Shown here: one piece after another, positions 58,716 through 64,000 of the stretch
Layout of the letters: every line of letters starts with the position of its first letter
How positions within the stretch are numbered: the first letter of the stretch is position 1
Source of the DNA: Fibrobacterales bacterium
GTDB lineage: Bacteria; Fibrobacterota; Fibrobacteria; Fibrobacterales; JAOPTW01
Length of the DNA stretch: 64,000 nt
Direction of reading: 5' to 3'
NCBI GenBank assembly: GCA_051532035.1
Contig: JAOPTW010000009.1
Span: 1 to 64,000 of the forward strand
Position numbers and translations under genes: made by a program
The notes under the pieces: generated by a model
The model's input: only the letters and a program-made list of their open reading frames with translations
Databases searched by the model: none
What the model was told of the DNA's origin: nothing

Positions 58716-60782
58716 TTAATAGGGGCGTGCTTGTTTGATGTAGAGGTTTCGTTCGGTACCGTCTATCTTAAACTCTACATCCATTGCAAAGTATCGATAC
58801 CTGAGTGCATCATCAGCGCTGTAGATTCCATAAAAGTAATCATTAATGGTGGTCAGGTGCTTTGCAAGTAATAGGGTCTCTGGTTCTGAGAGGACCGGAG
58901 ATCCGTTTGTAAGTGAAGAGTGCGTTACATAATCTATAACTGGTTCGGTAAAAGCATGAGGGGTGTAGGTATAGAAAACAAACTGCTCAGTCGTTATACC
59001 AGGTTCAGGCGCAACGACAGACTCTTCTCCCAGCTGAACATTGATGGTGAGAGCGGGGAGGCCATCATTGTATAAGTTTGTGGTGATGGCAACGCCATTG
59101 GCTAATTCGTCCGGGAACGATCGATGCACGAGCATACCCATGCGGACCGAACGGTGGTCAATGCCAAAATACTCTCGTTCTTCATAGGCTCTTACATTCC
59201 AGTTACTCGCCCACACTTTTTTAATAGCAACATCTATAGGTTTGTCGGGATCGTCGAGGTCTCCTGTTTTTGAGGTGTAGAGCCCCGCACCATTAAAACC
59301 GGGAAGGTCTTCTGCATTGGTAGAAGATCTAAAGCGCATTCTGCGGTAGGAATCAAATGATTCAATTTTTTCAGTAACGAGTTGGAGAAAGGCTGAGTCT
59401 ATAGGGGCTTCTTTAATCATATCCCGCAACTGTTTGAGCATCGCTTCTCGAACGACAATAGACTCCTTAAAATCATCTCGGTTGAGCATGTCGGTGATTG
59501 TTTGGTCGAGACTGTTATCAGTTAAATGACGGGTATAATAGTAAAAGGGTATGGCAAAGGATGCCTCGGGAGTGGGGATCACGCCAACGTCACGGGTGTA
59601 GAGCCGCGTGAGCTCTGAAAAGTTTGCCGCTTTGGCACCAACGATTGGGGTACTATAGTGATCGAGATCTTTCATGTCATAGAGGCCACTTGCACTATCA
59701 TTTTTTTCGATGATAATATTGGTGGATGGCTTTTGATCATCCCAAAAAGGCTGAGCCTCCGAGAGAGAGGCTTTTCGAATAAGAAAGGTATCAGATCTTA
59801 CTTCAAAGTAGACGAGCTCATCAATGAGTGAAACTATGGTTGCATCACTCCACGCGTTTTTAAACGCCATATTGGGAGTGTTACGATTTTGACTGAGTAC
59901 ATTAATGTGGCTGAGGGGTGTTTGAAATTCGGTGGTAATAATCCCTGACACCACAGAGATATCATTGGGGACTCCATTGGTCAAAATAATATCGTGAGTA
60001 TTGTGATAGGTATCCTCTACAGAGTCGACAGCCATCTTACGGAGATAGCCATAAGAATGAGAAAGGTGGAGTGGTTGATAAACCTGGTCTTTATAAATAG
60101 AGTCTCGGTTCATAAGGGGGATCTCTTGTGCAAGGACCTCGTTATGCCGTTGCAAATAGTTGGATACCGGCATAAAATAAAAGATGTCTGAGAAGTAGCT
60201 GCTCTCAGCGATAGTGTTGTAAAAATTAATAATACCTTCTGCCGAAATTTCGTCTCGTGATGAGACCTCTAAGGTGTATATATTGAGGTCGGTATAGTGA
60301 TTGACGACCCCTAAATACCACTGACGATCATCGGAATTAGAATACTGAGTTTCATTAAATACTGTATGTTCTTCGGTATAGCCGAGAACCTCTGTGCTAA
60401 AATCATAATGGAGACGGTATATTTTGGTGTCTGCATAATAGACACTCTCCTCTGCAATATCATACAGGACTTTTACTGATTGCACGCCGCCGAAGAGTTT
60501 GGTAAGGGGGAGACCTTGGAGTTGTAAAAAATCATCGTCGCACCCGAGGTTGGTCAGGTATGTTTTGTTGGGGGCAGTGGGCAGGCGACAGACCATTGAT
60601 TCTGATGAACTTTCAGAGGAGTCGTCAGAAGAATCATCAGAAGAGGCATAGGATGAACCCGTTGAGTCACTACTGCTTTCTGCAGGTGGTGTAGGGGAAG
60701 ACGGTGAATCAAAAATACACCCTGCCATGAGCAGTAGTATCGATCCAATAATAAGAAAGCGAGCAAAGATAGGGGTAGCCAG
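58716..60782 (-). CDS. Lipoprotein with PEP/pyruvate-binding (PPDK N-terminal ATP-grasp) domain; probable start upstream of the first ATG
   Basis: TPLSHINVLS, GAKAANF, FRSSTNAEDL.GFNGAGLY, MDVEFK, IKQARPY. In-frame upstream codons give the signal peptide LATPIFARFLIIGSILLLMAG-C. Confidence 0.85.
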   Translation of the reverse strand: MATPIFARFLIIGSILLLMAGCIFDSPSSPTPPAESSSDSTGSSYASSDDSSDDSSESSSESMVCRLPTAPNKTYLTNLGCDDDFLQLQGLPLTKLFGGVQSVKVLYDIAEESVYYADTKIYRLHYDFSTEVLGYTEEHTVFNETQYSNSDDRQWYLGVVNHYTDLNIYTLEVSSRDEISAEGIINFYNTIAESSYFSDIFYFMPVSNYLQRHNEVLAQEIPLMNRDSIYKDQVYQPLHLSHSYGYLRKMAVDSVEDTYHNTHDIILTNGVPNDISVVSGIITTEFQTPLSHINVLSQNRNTPNMAFKNAWSDATIVSLIDELVYFEVRSDTFLIRKASLSEAQPFWDDQKPSTNIIIEKNDSASGLYDMKDLDHYSTPIVGAKAANFSELTRLYTRDVGVIPTPEASFAIPFYYYTRHLTDNSLDQTITDMLNRDDFKESIVVREAMLKQLRDMIKEAPIDSAFLQLVTEKIESFDSYRRMRFRSSTNAEDLPGFNGAGLYTSKTGDLDDPDKPIDVAIKKVWASNWNVRAYEEREYFGIDHRSVRMGMLVHRSFPDELANGVAITTNLYNDGLPALTINVQLGEESVVAPEPGITTEQFVFYTYTPHAFTEPVIDYVTHSSLTNGSPVLSEPETLLLAKHLTTINDYFYGIYSADDALRYRYFAMDVEFKIDGTERNLYIKQARPY

Positions 60783-60940
60783 TTTAAGGGGTGTGTATTA
60801 AAAATAGCCTAAATATAGGCTGGAGCCCTCTTTGAAATAGGATATGGGTAAATCTCGCTCTCATTTTGTGAGCAATTGAGGCCTTTGAGGTATTTGACAC
60901 AGGGGATCTTTTAATACTATGGTGAAACTAGGCTACAAAT

Positions 60941-60976
60941 AATAAAGGCGACTGTAATTAAACAGTCGCCTTTATT
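60941..60976. terminator. Intrinsic terminator
   Basis: AATAAAGGCGACTGT-aattaa-ACAGTCGCCTTTATT, a perfect 15-bp inverted repeat. Confidence 0.9.
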
Positions 60977-61008
60977 CCCCCCCAAAGTGTGCTGTGTGTG
61001 CAGCGCCA

Positions 61009-62835
61009 CTATTCTTTTGGATTAAAGCGTAAATTGTCGATCATAAAGTTTCCGGCTCCGTTATGAAGGGCGATAGATACTGTTTTAATATCATCTTTTT
61101 CAGCGGTGATATACGTACCGTCTCTATCGGTTGAGCTTAATTGTGAATAGCCCGGTTGTAAGTCAATAGTAACAGTCTGCCACATGTTGCCGAACTCAAA
61201 GTCAGTACCTGGCTCAAGTTCTATAGTGTAGCGGCTCCAGTTCATCTCGGGTGTTGCTTTTGAATCTTCAATGGCAACAACAAAACGTATGTTTTCTAGA
61301 CCCCATGTGGTTTCGGTGGTGTCATGAAAGTTGAGTTCGAATGAAAGTGATTCCATTTCTTTGATATTTACATAGGGTGCAGGAAAGGTAAAATAGATAC
61401 CACCACCACCAGCGCCAAGATCCCAAAGCATGTCATCTGCAGTGCCTTCTTGATCAGATGGCTCTTCGGTGCCGCCACCATTCCAGAAGCCTACTTCACT
61501 AATAAGTTGCAGTGCATCACTGTCATCAGAAAAGATACCCATTGGTTTAACCAGGCCACCTTCGATAGCTACGTTAAAAGTGTATCGTCTAAAGTTCTTT
61601 TCTCCGTCAGTGATTTCAACTTCAAAGGCATCTCTTGATGCGTCGCTTTTGTTTTTGTAAGTAAAAGACATTGCGCCATTACTTTCACTGATAGCTACTA
61701 AGCCAAATGATGGTTCAGTTACGATAGTCCAAGTAGGAGAATCATTTTCTGAGTCAATGTAATCTAGCTCAATTGTTGTTGAACCCATTGGCTTAGAAAC
61801 GGTAATGTTTCGGTCACCTTTAAGAATTGGTGAATTGTTCTCTTTGTATCCGGTAAAACGGAGGTTATCCATATAGATAGGACTATCTTCTTCAAGGCCA
61901 CCTGCAAGGAAATAAATTTTTGTAAACTCCCACTGCATGTCGCTTCCAAACTCGGTAACAGGGATAGTCACACTGTGCCAAGCATCGTCGCTATAGCCAG
62001 AGAGCATATAGGTGCCGAAAGATTTTTCTCCATCAAGGTTTTCGGACTCAACACGAATTTCAAAGTCTTGAGTGGTTCGAATATCAAACTTCATATCTGA
62101 TACCGTACTGAGGTTACTGGTTGTCCAGCCTTGATTATGAACCATAAAGAAACTGTTTGCCGCAGAACTATCTTCGAGGAGTACGCGTTGTACATTAAAG
62201 ATCCAGCCATTGTTTCCTTCAGTGAGTTCGTCACAATCTATTGAATCAGGGGTTGCCCATCGGCCAAGAGCACGATTCTTTTTGTCGGTAAAGGTAGGGT
62301 TTCTGTTTTGTAGTCCATTATCGTTCAGAGTAATGTTGGCAAGCTTACTGCCATCAGGAAGGTCGCCATCGGCAAAAACAGCATAGACCGCATCGTTATC
62401 TGGTGAAGGCGTATACGGGTATGAACCAGAATGAGCGGGACACTGTTTTTGTTCAAAAACGTTATCTGCTGTATCACCTGGACGGACATATTTTTTAGAA
62501 CTACTGCTCCTTTCTGGTCCATCAGAATCTGCACTTGAATCTTTGTCAGTGTCAATGTCTTCTGATGAGTCTTCAGCGTCGTCGCTTTCATCATCTTCTC
62601 CTATCTCTTCAGAAGATAGATTTGATTCTTTTGTGTCATCATCTGACGAATCGATATCACTATTGTCTGCAAAGCTGGTATGAGAATTTTGGTCGTCATC
62701 AGAACTGTTCTCTTCCGTACTGCTTTCATCAGACGAAAGGTCACTCACTTTTTCAACGCTGGTTGGTTCTTTTCCGCATCCAATAAACAAGGATATGGCA
62801 GATACTAATATAAGTAGTGTAATTGAATGTTTCAT
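61009..62835 (-). CDS. Acidic lipoprotein with two galactose-binding-like (CBM-like) domains flanking an Ig/cadherin-like domain
   Basis: LFIG-C; WHSVTIPVTEF...IYMDNLRF and WQTVTIDL...FMIDNLRF; NNSPIL...DSEND. Confidence 0.75.
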   Translation of the reverse strand: MKHSITLLILVSAISLFIGCGKEPTSVEKVSDLSSDESSTEENSSDDDQNSHTSFADNSDIDSSDDDTKESNLSSEEIGEDDESDDAEDSSEDIDTDKDSSADSDGPERSSSSKKYVRPGDTADNVFEQKQCPAHSGSYPYTPSPDNDAVYAVFADGDLPDGSKLANITLNDNGLQNRNPTFTDKKNRALGRWATPDSIDCDELTEGNNGWIFNVQRVLLEDSSAANSFFMVHNQGWTTSNLSTVSDMKFDIRTTQDFEIRVESENLDGEKSFGTYMLSGYSDDAWHSVTIPVTEFGSDMQWEFTKIYFLAGGLEEDSPIYMDNLRFTGYKENNSPILKGDRNITVSKPMGSTTIELDYIDSENDSPTWTIVTEPSFGLVAISESNGAMSFTYKNKSDASRDAFEVEITDGEKNFRRYTFNVAIEGGLVKPMGIFSDDSDALQLISEVGFWNGGGTEEPSDQEGTADDMLWDLGAGGGGIYFTFPAPYVNIKEMESLSFELNFHDTTETTWGLENIRFVVAIEDSKATPEMNWSRYTIELEPGTDFEFGNMWQTVTIDLQPGYSQLSSTDRDGTYITAEKDDIKTVSIALHNGAGNFMIDNLRFNPKE

Positions 62836-63162
62836 TGCGCCCCCGCAGTATAGTTTGTGTTGGGTATAACTTAGATAATCGGGGTTGATGAAGATTTTTA
62901 AGGGATGATTCTTTGGGCCCAAATAGAGAGATCTGTTCCAAAAGTGTTGTTGCGACCCTATGGTTTTGTACTGAGGGCCATTTTTACGAGCTTTAGACTC
63001 GTTCTAGTGAGTGTTGTATGGTTATATTGCCTGATATAGGCCAAAAAGGGCATTTATGTTGTAATAAGAGGGTTCTGAATATAGTTTAAGGGGGTAACGT
63101 ACTTAAACACACAAAAGTATGCCGTATAGGCATAGGGTTACTGGGGATATTCGAGGGGATGT

Positions 63163-64000
63163 ATGCAACGACTGAGGTCTGTTTTTTTAGTGATTGCTTT
63201 GGGGCAATTATTGTTTGTTCTATGGGGGTGTTCAGAAGATGTCCCACTATTGCAGGTAGAAGGAGTTGCCACTACGAGTAGTAGTGTGGCTCTTTCACTT
63301 TCATCATCCCAACTATCGAGCAATAGATTTGATAGCACCAAAGCTAATGACTCATTAGGTACTATTGCCAGTTCTAATACCAGCTCTAATGATTCAATGG
63401 ATACTATGAGCTCTCATGACCTACTTAGTTCGTCAGAGGTACTCTATAGTAGTTCCGAACTTTTGGTTTCGCTCTCAAGTGTAGACGCTGGTGATGACCA
63501 AAGTGTATCGGATAAAGATACGAGCAACGTATCTGTCTTTGACCCCGATGCTCCATTTGTAGAGATCTCAAATTGGGATATGGCAAAACGTATGGGGCGT
63601 GGTATTAATATGGGGAACACTCTTGAGGCAAGAAATGGCGAAGGGAGTATGGCGCCAGCAGCTCAGGAGTACTATTTTGATGACTATAAAGAGGCTGGCT
63701 TTACCAATGTTCGTATTCCCATCCATTGGGGCACGCGTATTGACGCTGCAGGTAACGTGAACTCTGACTTTATGAATCGCATCGAAGAGGTTGTTGATTG
63801 GTCTCTTGCGCGGGGGCTTGTAACTATTATTAATACGCATCACGAAGAGTGGGTGATCAATGATTATAGTGGCAACAAAGGAAAGCTCTTAAAAATCTGG
63901 GAGCAAATTGGTGAACGTTTTAAGGATAAGAATGAGAACTTGGTTTTTGAAGTGTTTAATGAGCCACGTGACCCTATGGGGCCCAGTGACGTTACTGATT
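63163..64000 (+). CDS. GH5 glycoside hydrolase (cellulase family) lipoprotein, runs off the window end
   Basis: Absent from the ORF track. Manual translation gives VLWG-C, a Ser-rich linker, MGRGINMGNTLEA, GFTNVRIPIHW, INTHHE and FEVFNEP (acid/base). Confidence 0.92.
   Translation, partial: MQRLRSVFLVIALGQLLFVLWGCSEDVPLLQVEGVATTSSSVALSLSSSQLSSNRFDSTKANDSLGTIASSNTSSNDSMDTMSSHDLLSSSEVLYSSSELLVSLSSVDAGDDQSVSDKDTSNVSVFDPDAPFVEISNWDMAKRMGRGINMGNTLEARNGEGSMAPAAQEYYFDDYKEAGFTNVRIPIHWGTRIDAAGNVNSDFMNRIEEVVDWSLARGLVTIINTHHEEWVINDYSGNKGKLLKIWEQIGERFKDKNENLVFEVFNEPRDPMGPSDVTD

Noticed and set aside
63138..63843. Minus-strand ORFs at the window end
   Set aside because: Antisense to the truncated GH5 gene on the + strand.

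Overview
Bacterial chromosomal window, AT-rich, with no rRNA, tRNA, CRISPR array, prophage or transposase that I can see. Five TIGR02147/DUF4423-type proteins, many Ser-rich lipoproteins, CAZymes and T9SS-like C-terminal domains point to Fibrobacterota (inference). Core genes include hcp with an FNR/HcpR-type box, a class II ribonucleotide reductase (nrdJ) with NrdR boxes, a fused 2-hydroxyacyl-CoA dehydratase activase and a few signalling proteins. The rest is mostly exported proteins: GH3, GH5, a GH2-like enzyme, CBM6-SGNH, an esterase, two CotH kinases and LamG/cadherin adhesin-like proteins. The most striking feature is a two-gene module present five times. A TIGR02147 HTH-type protein is translationally coupled to a lipoprotein with a conserved peptide, (G/S)-x(2-4)-[ED]-[TIV]-x-N, just after the lipidated Cys, followed by variable extracellular domains. 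Linked to this are a 20-bp-period direct repeat shared by the promoters of the first TIGR02147 gene and the GH3 gene, and an unannotated 19-codon ORF with its own promoter, RBS and terminator whose peptide (GSSTETT) resembles the lipoprotein motif. All family assignments come from motif recognition by eye; no database search was run.
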